The notes beneath the pieces were generated by a model. That model worked only from the letters and a program-made list of their open reading frames with translations, did no database searches and was not told where the DNA came from. DNA of 32,000 nucleotides from an archaeon GW2011_AR10 (GTDB taxonomy: Archaea > Iainarchaeota > Iainarchaeia > Iainarchaeales > GW2011-AR10), in contig CP010424.1 of assembly GCA_000830275.1 (NCBI GenBank), positions 270,001-302,000 of the forward strand. The letters run 5' to 3'. Below are positions 8,837 to 16,046 of the stretch, one piece after another. The translations under genes and the position numbers were made by a program. Within the stretch, counting starts at the first letter, position 1; the number at the start of each line of letters is the position of its first letter.

Positions 8837-9649
8837 ATGCCGGAAGTTCTGGTTGTTTTCGGTTCAGCTTCTGATGCTAATGTTTTCGAGCCGTTGCTTT
8901 CAGAGTTCCAGAGCAGTAAAACGTCTTTCGATTTCAGGGTTTTAAGCGCCCACAGGACCCCAAAAGAGCTGGAAAAAGCGGTTGTTGGAAGTGACGCAAA
9001 AATAATTGTTGCCGGTGCTGGCTTGAGCGCGGCCTTGCCCGGGGTTATTGCGGCACACACAATAAGGCCTGTCATTGCTGTGCCCTGCGGGAGCACATTT
9101 CATGGCCTTGACGCTTTCCTTGCTTCAGTGCAAACCCCTTCAGGAATCCCTGTTTTAAGCGTTGGCGTTGCAAAAAGCAGTGAAGCTGCAAAGCACTGCG
9201 TTAACGCATTGAAGGGGTTTTCCTCTGTTGTTTTGGTTGAAAGAACCGGCACTGAAAGCTCTGCTGCACCTGCCAAATGCGAGGAAAAACTGAATGAGTT
9301 GGGCGTGAAATTTGAAGAAGAAACCGATTCAAATTACTCTGACCCAAAAAAAATTTTCATTGATTTTGTCCAGCTTGAAAAAGCTGCTGCTTTGCCTGAA
9401 ACAAATGCAACTGTTATTGTGTGCGCGGTTAAGGGCAGCAGTTCCGCCTCAGATTCCATGGAGTTCCTTAAGGCAGCCGGAAAGCACTTGTGGGTTGGCC
9501 TGAACAGGGGCGAGAACGCTGCTATTGCGGCCGTTGAATTGCTGAACCTGAACGGAAAATTCGACTCAGTGCTGGATGCTGAAAGAAAAAATTTAAGGGA
9601 AAAACTGCTTGAATCTGACAAAGAAATTAAAAACAAATTAGCCAAATAG
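8837..9649 (+). CDS. purE: PurE-family (N5-)carboxyaminoimidazole ribonucleotide mutase/carboxylase with a degenerate second PurE-like repeat
   Basis: N-terminal half: VVFGSASD, VLSAHRTP, IVAGAGLSAALPGVIAAHT, PVIAVPCGS..GLDAFLASVQTPSGIPV, VGVAKSSEAA. Residues from about 140 to 270 repeat the strand-helix pattern (VVLVERTGTESS.., ATVIVCAVKGSSSAS, GLNRGENAAIAAVELLNL) but lack the catalytic motifs. Confidence 0.8.
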   Translation: MPEVLVVFGSASDANVFEPLLSEFQSSKTSFDFRVLSAHRTPKELEKAVVGSDAKIIVAGAGLSAALPGVIAAHTIRPVIAVPCGSTFHGLDAFLASVQTPSGIPVLSVGVAKSSEAAKHCVNALKGFSSVVLVERTGTESSAAPAKCEEKLNELGVKFEEETDSNYSDPKKIFIDFVQLEKAAALPETNATVIVCAVKGSSSASDSMEFLKAAGKHLWVGLNRGENAAIAAVELLNLNGKFDSVLDAERKNLREKLLESDKEIKNKLAK

Positions 9650-9663
9650 CTTTAGGTGAAAGA

Positions 9664-10659
9664 GTGGCAATCAACGTGAAGGGAAAACTGGCAAAGGGCT
9701 CAGTGAAAATCCTCCACATAAAAAGGGAACCTACTGAAAAAGAAATGGGTCTGGGCTCCTTCGAGTTTACCGATGACTACAGCATTTTCGATTATGGCAA
9801 AATGCCTGACACGATTCCGGGCAAGGGCGAGAGCCTTGCCCGCATGGCTGCCTACAATTTCGAGCAGCTGGCAAAGAAAGGAATCAGTTCCCATTACAGG
9901 AAATTTGTTGCACCAAACGAGATTGAAGTTAATCTTGTGAGAGTTCTTTACCCGCAGAAAAAAGAAATTAGCCTTCACACGCGAAATTACTTGGTTCCTT
10001 TGGAAATCATTTTCAGGAATTCGCTTCCAGCAGGCAGCTCGGTTTTCAAGAGGCTTGACAAGGGCGAGCTGAAGGTAACTGATTTGGGCTTGGACAAATA
10101 CCCTTTCCCGGGCCAAGTGCTGCCAAAACCGTTAATTGATGTTTCAACCAAGCTTGAGGAAACAGACAGATACCTTGGCTGGAGGGAAGCAAAGGAGCTG
10201 AGCGGTTTAACTGAACCGCAGATAGAGGAAGCAAAGGTTTGGGCGCGCAAAGTGAACGAGTTCATAACTTCAAAAGCTGAAAGCATTGGCCTGCACCACG
10301 CTGACGGAAAAATTGAACTGGCTGTAACCCCTGAAGACAAACTCATAGTGGTTGATGTTTTTGGCACGCTTGATGAGGACAGGATGCTAATGGATTCAGT
10401 GCACGTAAGCAAGCAGGTTCTGCGCGACTACTACAAAGCCCTTCCATGGTACAAAAAACTTGAGGATGCAAGAGCGAACAATGACCCGAAAGAAAAGTGG
10501 CCAGTGCCTCCAAAAATGTCTTCAAAGCTGAAAGAAATTGTCGGAAACATGTATAAGGGCGTTTGCGAGGCGTGGGTTGGAAAAAAAATCTGGAAAGCCC
10601 CCTCTGTTCAGGAAGCAGTTGGGGAATACGTTGAGTTCCTTGAAAAGCAAAGGATTTAA
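9664..10659 (+). CDS. purC: SAICAR synthetase (long form)
   Basis: GSVKILH, FEFTDDYSIFDYG, IPGKGESLARMAAYNFE, LVPLEIIFRN, DGKIELAV, VVDVFGTLDEDR. GTG start at 9664. Confidence 0.85.
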   Translation: MAINVKGKLAKGSVKILHIKREPTEKEMGLGSFEFTDDYSIFDYGKMPDTIPGKGESLARMAAYNFEQLAKKGISSHYRKFVAPNEIEVNLVRVLYPQKKEISLHTRNYLVPLEIIFRNSLPAGSSVFKRLDKGELKVTDLGLDKYPFPGQVLPKPLIDVSTKLEETDRYLGWREAKELSGLTEPQIEEAKVWARKVNEFITSKAESIGLHHADGKIELAVTPEDKLIVVDVFGTLDEDRMLMDSVHVSKQVLRDYYKALPWYKKLEDARANNDPKEKWPVPPKMSSKLKEIVGNMYKGVCEAWVGKKIWKAPSVQEAVGEYVEFLEKQRI

Positions 10660-10689
10660 TTCAGTAAAAAAAATTAAAACTTGTTTTGC

Positions 10690-11013
10690 TTATTTTGCCG
10701 CTACGAGCAGGTTTTTCTCTTTAATTTGTTCAAGTTGTTTTGCAAGCAGGCCGTCATATAACTCTATTAGTTTTTTTACTTCTTCATTTTTTTGGTTGAG
10801 TTTGAATAGTTTTGCTCGGCCGATTTCTCTTGTTTCAACAACTATTTTTTGCTTTATTAGTCTTGGCAGGATTCTGTGTATTGTGCTCCAGCCAATTCCT
10901 GCATTTTTTGCCATGTCTGTAAGGCTGTAGTCAAATTCTCTGCCGGTGATTAAAAACTCTAAGAGCCTTGTGGTCGGATTGTCACCCAAAAAGTCCAAGA
11001 ACAAATTAACCAT
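10690..11013 (-). CDS. Small winged-helix DNA-binding protein, likely co-transcribed with the sigma-like gene
   Basis: TTRLLEFLITGREFDYSLTDMAKNAGIGWSTIHRILPRLIKQKIVVETREIGRAKLFKLN has a wHTH pattern (helix-turn-helix plus beta wing). ATG at 11013 is preceded by GTGG; the track start at 11043 is TTG. It lies 34 nt downstream of the sigma-like ORF stop, on the same strand. Confidence 0.6.
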   Translation of the reverse strand: MVNLFLDFLGDNPTTRLLEFLITGREFDYSLTDMAKNAGIGWSTIHRILPRLIKQKIVVETREIGRAKLFKLNQKNEEVKKLIELYDGLLAKQLEQIKEKNLLVAAK

Positions 11014-11047
11014 AAAACCACTTAAATAAATTACCACAAACAACTAT

Positions 11048-12262
11048 TTATTTTTTCGGTCTTTTCCTATGTTTCCCAAAAACCGATTTCAGCGTTTGAT
11101 TGTTCCCTTTTCTTGCATATTCTCTGATTCTTCTAATAGCTCCACTAATTCTGACTATTGGAATCAACGCCGCATCAGCAGCTTCTACTTCGCTTAAAAT
11201 TCTTGGGCCAAGAAAAGTAATTCTGATTATTCTTTGCTCAAGGCCGGAAAAGTTTTCTATGGTTTTTGTTAACTCTTTTCTCTGCCTTAAGGTAAGAGTC
11301 CTTTTTGAAATATCTCCCGGCTGTATGCTCCCGGATTGAGTTGGAATTACTTCTCTCAATTCTGGAAACTGTTTTACCATGTTTACTCTGGCATCAGCCC
11401 AAATTCTTCTGGTTCCTTCCCTTGTAATTCCAAGCCTTGATGCAAAATATTTCACAGTTTTCGGATTTTCTCCGGGCAGAAGTGCCATTTCCATCAACTG
11501 TTTCTGTTTTCCTGATAGGCCTGCAACTGCTTTCCTGATTAGTTTCCTGTGCTCTCGCTCTTCAATGTAATCAAATTGGGGCTTTAATGGTTTTCTTTTG
11601 TCTCTGATGATGTCATGGAACAATTTATCACTTGTCTGTGCTGAATGGTCAATCGGCACTGGAGCATCCAAAGACAGCGGTTCCCTTATATCAGCAACAT
11701 AAACTCTGGTTGAGTGCGTTGGGCGAGATACCCTGTTAGGGTTTTTAATGCCGGATTTTATTGCAAATGCCCTGAATTCTTTCGCTGACCTTGCAGCCCT
11801 TCCATGTTCTCTTTCAAACTGCTGGGCTAAACCTGTGTCTCTTCTCCTCTCCTCAACAGCGAAAGGCAAGGTAAGATGGGGCCCCTCAGTATCAACTATT
11901 CTTCTGACATGGTTTCTGATTGATTTTTCAACATAGGTTGTGAATGCCGCGCCTTTGTTCGGTTCATAATCGTCTATTATGTAAGTTAAAAGCCGTTCGT
12001 TTGCGCTCTGAATTAGGTCTTCAAGCGAAATTGCGGAAGAAAATTTCTTTCCCCTTAAATGATAAACTTTTGTCCATTGCCTTCCGACAATTTGAATAAT
12101 GAAAGGAAGTACTCCCTCGGCAATTCTTTTCTTTAGCTCTGTTTTTTTTGCAGGATTTCTTGTCTTTTTATATTCTCTAAATAGTTCTGCATACTCCTGC
12201 TTTGAAGGAATTGTGATTCTGCGTAAATCCCTGCTGTACTGCTTTAAGGGGCTTTGGCCCAT
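11048..12262 (-). CDS. Sigma-70 family (RpoD-like architecture) protein with an extra C-terminal region-4-like module
   Basis: Compared by eye with E. coli RpoD recalled from memory. Region 1.2: SPLKQYSRDLRRITIPSKQEYAELF vs [28 protein letters not shown]. Region 2: LEDLIQSANERLLTYIIDDYEPNKGAAFTTYVEKSIRNHVRRIV vs [43 protein letters not shown]. Region 3: LTLPFAVEERRRDTGLAQQFEREHGRAARSAKEF vs [34 protein letters not shown]. Regions 3.2/4: PLSLDAPVPIDHSAQTSDKLFHDII...LSGKQKQLMEMAL...ASRLGITREGTRRIWADARVNMVKQF vs [22 protein letters not shown]...LTAREAKVLRMRFG...GKQFDVTRERIRQIEAKALRKLR. Confidence 0.8.
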   Translation of the reverse strand: MGQSPLKQYSRDLRRITIPSKQEYAELFREYKKTRNPAKKTELKKRIAEGVLPFIIQIVGRQWTKVYHLRGKKFSSAISLEDLIQSANERLLTYIIDDYEPNKGAAFTTYVEKSIRNHVRRIVDTEGPHLTLPFAVEERRRDTGLAQQFEREHGRAARSAKEFRAFAIKSGIKNPNRVSRPTHSTRVYVADIREPLSLDAPVPIDHSAQTSDKLFHDIIRDKRKPLKPQFDYIEEREHRKLIRKAVAGLSGKQKQLMEMALLPGENPKTVKYFASRLGITREGTRRIWADARVNMVKQFPELREVIPTQSGSIQPGDISKRTLTLRQRKELTKTIENFSGLEQRIIRITFLGPRILSEVEAADAALIPIVRISGAIRRIREYARKGNNQTLKSVFGKHRKRPKK

Positions 12263-12393
12263 CCCGTTTTCCTTGCTTTTGGAAGCGCTGAAGGCATAAT
12301 TACAATAATTAGGCTTGTTGTTATATTTAATTCTGATTATTCGGGGAATGGGAGCAGTGACTTTGAATCATCAATTCTGGGAAAAAATCGGCT

Positions 12394-13149
12394 TCATTCA
12401 AGGAACAGCAGCAGGGCCATTACGAGGATTCCTGCAAGGAAAACAATTATCTGCAGCACTGATTTTCCAGTGTCATCTTCGTGGTGCAATTCAGGAATCA
12501 GGTCAGAGCCTGCAATGTAAATGAACCCGCCAACAGTGAAGGAAACAATCAGCAGCTCAAAGTTTTCAATCGAGGAACTGAAGTAGAGTGCTGCGGCTGC
12601 CCCAAGCAGTGCTGTGAGCGCCGAAAGAAAATTGAATGCAAGCGCTTTTTTCTTAGAGAAACCACTGTGCAGCAATACACCAAAGTCACCAATTTCCTGC
12701 GGAATTTCGTGCAGGATAACTGCAATTGTTGTTGCAATGCCCACTGGAATGCTTGCAAGGTAAGCGCCTGCAATCAGTGCTCCATCAATGAAGTTGTGCA
12801 AGCCATCCCCCACTAGGTTCATGTAACCAAAGGTGTGAACATCTTTTTTTGCGTCAACGTTGTGGTGGTGGTGCCACCTGATTAATTTTTCTAGGGCAAA
12901 GAACAGTATTATTCCTGCAAGGATTGAAACCGACATTTCCAGGCTGAACCCTTCTGATTTAACTGCTTCAGGAAGAAGATGGAAAAACACATCGCCGAAA
13001 AGTGCTCCTGCTGAAAAGCCTACAAGCAGCAGAAGTGCTTTTTTTAGTTTTTCTTCATTCACTCCAATTGCGAGCACGCCTACAAGGGAGAGCACGCTGA
13101 CGAACAGAACCGAACCAAAAATGTATATTGTTTCGTTCAGACAAAACAC
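12394..13149 (-). CDS. ZIP-family divalent metal (Zn/Fe) permease
   Basis: Multi-pass membrane protein with a His-rich loop WHHHHNVDAKKDVH and the ZIP signature HNFIDG...ILHEIPQEIGDFGVLLHSG. Confidence 0.85.
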   Translation of the reverse strand: MFCLNETIYIFGSVLFVSVLSLVGVLAIGVNEEKLKKALLLLVGFSAGALFGDVFFHLLPEAVKSEGFSLEMSVSILAGIILFFALEKLIRWHHHHNVDAKKDVHTFGYMNLVGDGLHNFIDGALIAGAYLASIPVGIATTIAVILHEIPQEIGDFGVLLHSGFSKKKALAFNFLSALTALLGAAAALYFSSSIENFELLIVSFTVGGFIYIAGSDLIPELHHEDDTGKSVLQIIVFLAGILVMALLLFLE

Positions 13150-13200
13150 CCTGCTTCCTAATACTTTCTGCTACTTGGCCAAGCTTCCGGCACTGGCACC

Positions 13201-13251
13201 AGAACATCTAAAATCTTTTTTTAATACGTTTAGAACATCTAAAATCTTTTT
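13201..13251. repeat. Two exact 20-bp direct repeats (agaacatctaaaatcttttt) spaced 31 bp start to start
   Basis: Copies at 13201-13220 and 13232-13251, in the ZIP/purB divergent intergenic region. Confidence 0.9.
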
Positions 13252-13284
13252 CGAATACCTTTCATCTGATTTATAAAGTGATAA

Positions 13285-13311
13285 AATAATTAAATTAATA
13301 AGTATTCAACA
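13285..13311. repeat. 27-nt exact repeat, copy A (aataattaaattaataagtattcaaca)
   Basis: Identical 27-mer at 22064-22090 in the same orientation. Both copies are intergenic. Confidence 0.9.
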
Positions 13312-13366
13312 ACCTTCTAATAAGCAACTAACAATACAACAACCTTCTAATAAGCAACTAACAATA
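13307..13366. repeat. Perfect tandem duplication of a 30-bp unit (caacaaccttctaataagcaactaacaata x2)
   Basis: Units at 13307-13336 and 13337-13366. They sit directly between the 27-mer and the purB TATA box. The end of the 27-mer (ttaataagtattcaacaa) looks like a diverged third partial unit (compare ctaataagcaactaacaa). Confidence 0.9.
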
Positions 13367-13376
13367 TTTATATATA
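13367..13376 (+). promoter_or_regulatory. TATA box (tttatatata) for purB-purM
   Basis: Strong archaeal-type TATA about 30 nt upstream of the purB start (13402/13405). Confidence 0.5.
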
Positions 13377-13401
13377 AATCTAATAATTAAATACTTGTGG
13401 T

Positions 13402-14772
13402 GTGATGGACAAATTCGATTTTGTTTCCCCGATTGATTTCAGGTACTATGACAAGCGATTTGCCGAGTTTTTGAGCGAGAATGCGCGCGTAAGGTATCAG
13501 GCAAGAGTTGAAGCTGCCCTTGCCAAGGCCCTTGCAAAGCAGAAAGTATGCTCTGCCAGTGTTGCAAAAGAAATTTCCATGGCGGCTGAGAATGTTAAAG
13601 CAGTGGAAGTGTATGGGGAGGAAAAGCGGATAAAGCATGATGTGAGGGCTCTTGCAAATGTTTTGAGGAGCAGGGTTTCAAAGAAGGCAAAGCCGTTTGT
13701 TCACCTAGGTGCAACAAGCTATGACATTGTTGACACTGCTTCAGCGCTCCGCTTCAAGGAAGCAACAGAGCAGCTTGTGGTTCCTTCTCTTAAAGCACTT
13801 GAAAAAACTCTCATTAAGCTTTCTTTGCGCTATAAGGGAACAGTGCAAATTGGAAGAACGCACGGCCAGCATGCTGTGCCAATCACTTTTGGTTTTGCCC
13901 TCTCAGAGTATGTTTCAAGGCTTGGCAACAGAATAAATGAAATCGAGCGGAAAAAGGATTCCTTGCCTGGCAAGTTTTCTGGTGCGGTTGGAGCATACAA
14001 TGCTTCCTCGCTTGTCGTGCCAAACCCAGTAAAGCTGGAGCAAGACATAATGCGTTCTCTTGGGTTGCAGGTTTCAACGCATTCAACGCAGATAGTTGAG
14101 CCGGAGAGCCTTGCTGATTTGATGCATGCATTTGTTTCAGCTTTTTCTGTTCTTGCAAACCTTGCTGATGACCTTAGGCACCTGCAGCGCTCCGAGATTT
14201 CTGAGGTGGCTGAAGAGTTCTCCTCAAATCAAGTCGGCTCTTCCACAATGCCGCACAAGCGCAACCCGATTAATTTTGAGAATGTAAAGAGCCTGTGGAA
14301 AGAGTTTATGCCGAGGATGGGCACTGTTTACCTTGACTCTGTTTCAGAGCACCAAAGGGATTTAACCAACAGCGCTTCAGCGCGTTTTCTTCCCGAAATT
14401 GTTGCTGGCCTGGTTTTTGCTGCCGGCAGGCTGGATGGCTCATGTTCAAAACTTGTTGTTGACAAAAAAGCCATGAAAGAAAATTTTGGCAAAAGCAAGG
14501 AAGCAATTGTAGCGGAACCGCTTTACATTTTTCTTGCATCTCACGGCCATGCAAATTCGCATGAAGCAGTCAGAAAATTAACGATTAAAAGCATTGAATC
14601 AGGCAAGGGCGTGCTGGAGCTTGCAGTGGAAAACAAAGATTTAAAGCCTTTTTTGAAATTGTTTTCTAAAAAACAGCTTAAGTTGCTTGAGAACCCGGAA
14701 ACTTATGTTGGGTTAAGCGTTAAGGTAACGGAAGCTGTCTGCAGGCACTGGAAGAAAGAGTTGAAACTTTAA
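13402..14772 (+). CDS. purB: Adenylosuccinate lyase
   Basis: LGATSYDIVDTA, IGRTHGQHAVP, fumarate-lyase signature GSSTMPHKRNPINFEN. The start is GTG 13402 or ATG 13405; the context ttgtggtgtgatg is identical to that at 1294-1306. Confidence 0.93.
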   Translation: MMDKFDFVSPIDFRYYDKRFAEFLSENARVRYQARVEAALAKALAKQKVCSASVAKEISMAAENVKAVEVYGEEKRIKHDVRALANVLRSRVSKKAKPFVHLGATSYDIVDTASALRFKEATEQLVVPSLKALEKTLIKLSLRYKGTVQIGRTHGQHAVPITFGFALSEYVSRLGNRINEIERKKDSLPGKFSGAVGAYNASSLVVPNPVKLEQDIMRSLGLQVSTHSTQIVEPESLADLMHAFVSAFSVLANLADDLRHLQRSEISEVAEEFSSNQVGSSTMPHKRNPINFENVKSLWKEFMPRMGTVYLDSVSEHQRDLTNSASARFLPEIVAGLVFAAGRLDGSCSKLVVDKKAMKENFGKSKEAIVAEPLYIFLASHGHANSHEAVRKLTIKSIESGKGVLELAVENKDLKPFLKLFSKKQLKLLENPETYVGLSVKVTEAVCRHWKKELKL

Positions 14773-15800
14773 TGACTGATTACAAGGAGGCAGGGGTTAA
14801 CCTTGCGGAAGCAGACAAAGCTGTTTCAAGAATAGGCGAGCTTGCAGCAGAAACTTACACTAAAGATGTTATTGCAGGCGTTGGCGGCTTTTCAGGCTTG
14901 TTTTCTGCAAAATCTTTGAAGCAATTCAAGGAGCCAGTGCTTGTTTCAAGCATTGACGGTGTTGGCACTAAAGTAAAAGTTGCAAGGGCAATGAATTATT
15001 TCCGCGGCCTTGGAATTGATGTTGTGAACCATTGCTCGAATGATGTTGGAGTCACTGGAGCAAAGCCATTGTTTTTTTTGGATTATATTGCTTCCAGCAG
15101 GCTTGACGCAAAAGTTGTTGCAGAGCTGGTTGGCGGCATGGCTTATGCCTGCAAAAAAATTGGTGTGTCATTGATTGGAGGTGAAACAGCTGAAATGCCG
15201 TCTGTTTACAATGAAAATGAATCAGATGTTGTGGGAGTGATGGTTGGTGCTGTTGAGAGAAGCGAAATACTTGACGGCTCAAAAGTAAAGGAAGGCGATG
15301 TTTTGGTTGGCCTGCCTTCAAACGGCCTGCACACAAACGGTTTTTCTCTTGCAAGAAAGGTTCTCTTGGAGGATGCAGGAATGGACCCAAAAGCTTTTGT
15401 TGAGGGGCTTGGCTTGAGTTTGGGTGAAGAACTTCTCAGGCCGCACATTTCTTATGTTGGCCAAATAGCTTTGGCAAAGGAAAAGCATTCGCTTAAGGCA
15501 GCTGCCCACATCACCGGCGGCGGCTTTCAGGGGAACATTCCCAGAGTGCTTCCAAAAGGCTTTGGGGCAGAAATCGAAAAGCAGAGGGTTCCGGTGCAGC
15601 CGATTTTCAGGCTGATTCAGGAGAAGGGAAATATTGCGGAAGAAGAAATGTTCCGAACATTTAACATGGGCATTGGCCTTGTAATGGTTGTTCCGGAGAA
15701 GAACGCTCAAAGCCTTGCCAATGAAATCAGGGCGGAATTCAAGAAGGCCCCTGAAATAATAGGAAAGGTCATTAAGGGCCATGGAGTAACTTTTAAATAA
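14772..15800 (+). CDS. purM: Phosphoribosylformylglycinamidine cyclo-ligase (AIR synthetase)
   Basis: YKEAGVN, SIDGVGTKVKVA, GIDVVNHCSNDV, FLDYIA, GGETAEMP, SNGLHTNGFSL, AHITGGGF, FNMGIGLV. The TAATG overlap with the purB stop suggests translational coupling. Confidence 0.93.
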   Translation: MTDYKEAGVNLAEADKAVSRIGELAAETYTKDVIAGVGGFSGLFSAKSLKQFKEPVLVSSIDGVGTKVKVARAMNYFRGLGIDVVNHCSNDVGVTGAKPLFFLDYIASSRLDAKVVAELVGGMAYACKKIGVSLIGGETAEMPSVYNENESDVVGVMVGAVERSEILDGSKVKEGDVLVGLPSNGLHTNGFSLARKVLLEDAGMDPKAFVEGLGLSLGEELLRPHISYVGQIALAKEKHSLKAAAHITGGGFQGNIPRVLPKGFGAEIEKQRVPVQPIFRLIQEKGNIAEEEMFRTFNMGIGLVMVVPEKNAQSLANEIRAEFKKAPEIIGKVIKGHGVTFK

Positions 15801-15828
15801 TAGTTTTCTCCTTCTATTATCCGGTTTT

Positions 15829-16038
15829 ATGGTTGAATCGGAAAGTGAGCGGGCAAAGGAAGTGCTGGAAAACTACTTCGGCAATGATGAGGAAGAGCAG
15901 CTGACTCCGACGCAGAGGCAGCAGGTGGAGTTTGCCGCCAACCTTTTTGCGCTTGTCATAATCATCGGGTCCATCATTCTTATTGCGGTTATTGTTTTCC
16001 TTTTCTTCCAGCAGTACTATATTGAGCTGCCGTTTTAA
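15829..16038 (+). CDS. Hypothetical small single-pass membrane protein
   Basis: 69 aa: an acidic N-terminus followed by one hydrophobic helix (LFALVIIIGSIILIAVIVFLFF). It fills the gap between purM and cutA on the same strand. Confidence 0.45.
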   Translation: MVESESERAKEVLENYFGNDEEEQLTPTQRQQVEFAANLFALVIIIGSIILIAVIVFLFFQQYYIELPF

Positions 16039-16046
16039 CTTTTTTT

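Noticed and set aside
1-13311. Chimeric assembly joining a bacterial fragment (sigma-70, lipobox proteins, purH/purN) to an archaeal fragment at the 27-mer repeat
   Set aside because: Not fully excluded, but unlikely. The pur genes on the two sides are complementary with no duplicates. The 13-nt start context ttgtggtgtgatg and the MxRGKxPP protein motif occur on both sides. The left part also shows archaeal-style short divergent spacers with a central TATA box. Read-pair or long-read validation is still recommended.
13201-13366. Possible CRISPR-like array from the direct repeats
   Set aside because: There are only two copies of each repeat. The 30-bp units are directly tandem with no spacers, and the 20-bp units are separated by 11 nt. 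No cas genes are present, so this is not a CRISPR.
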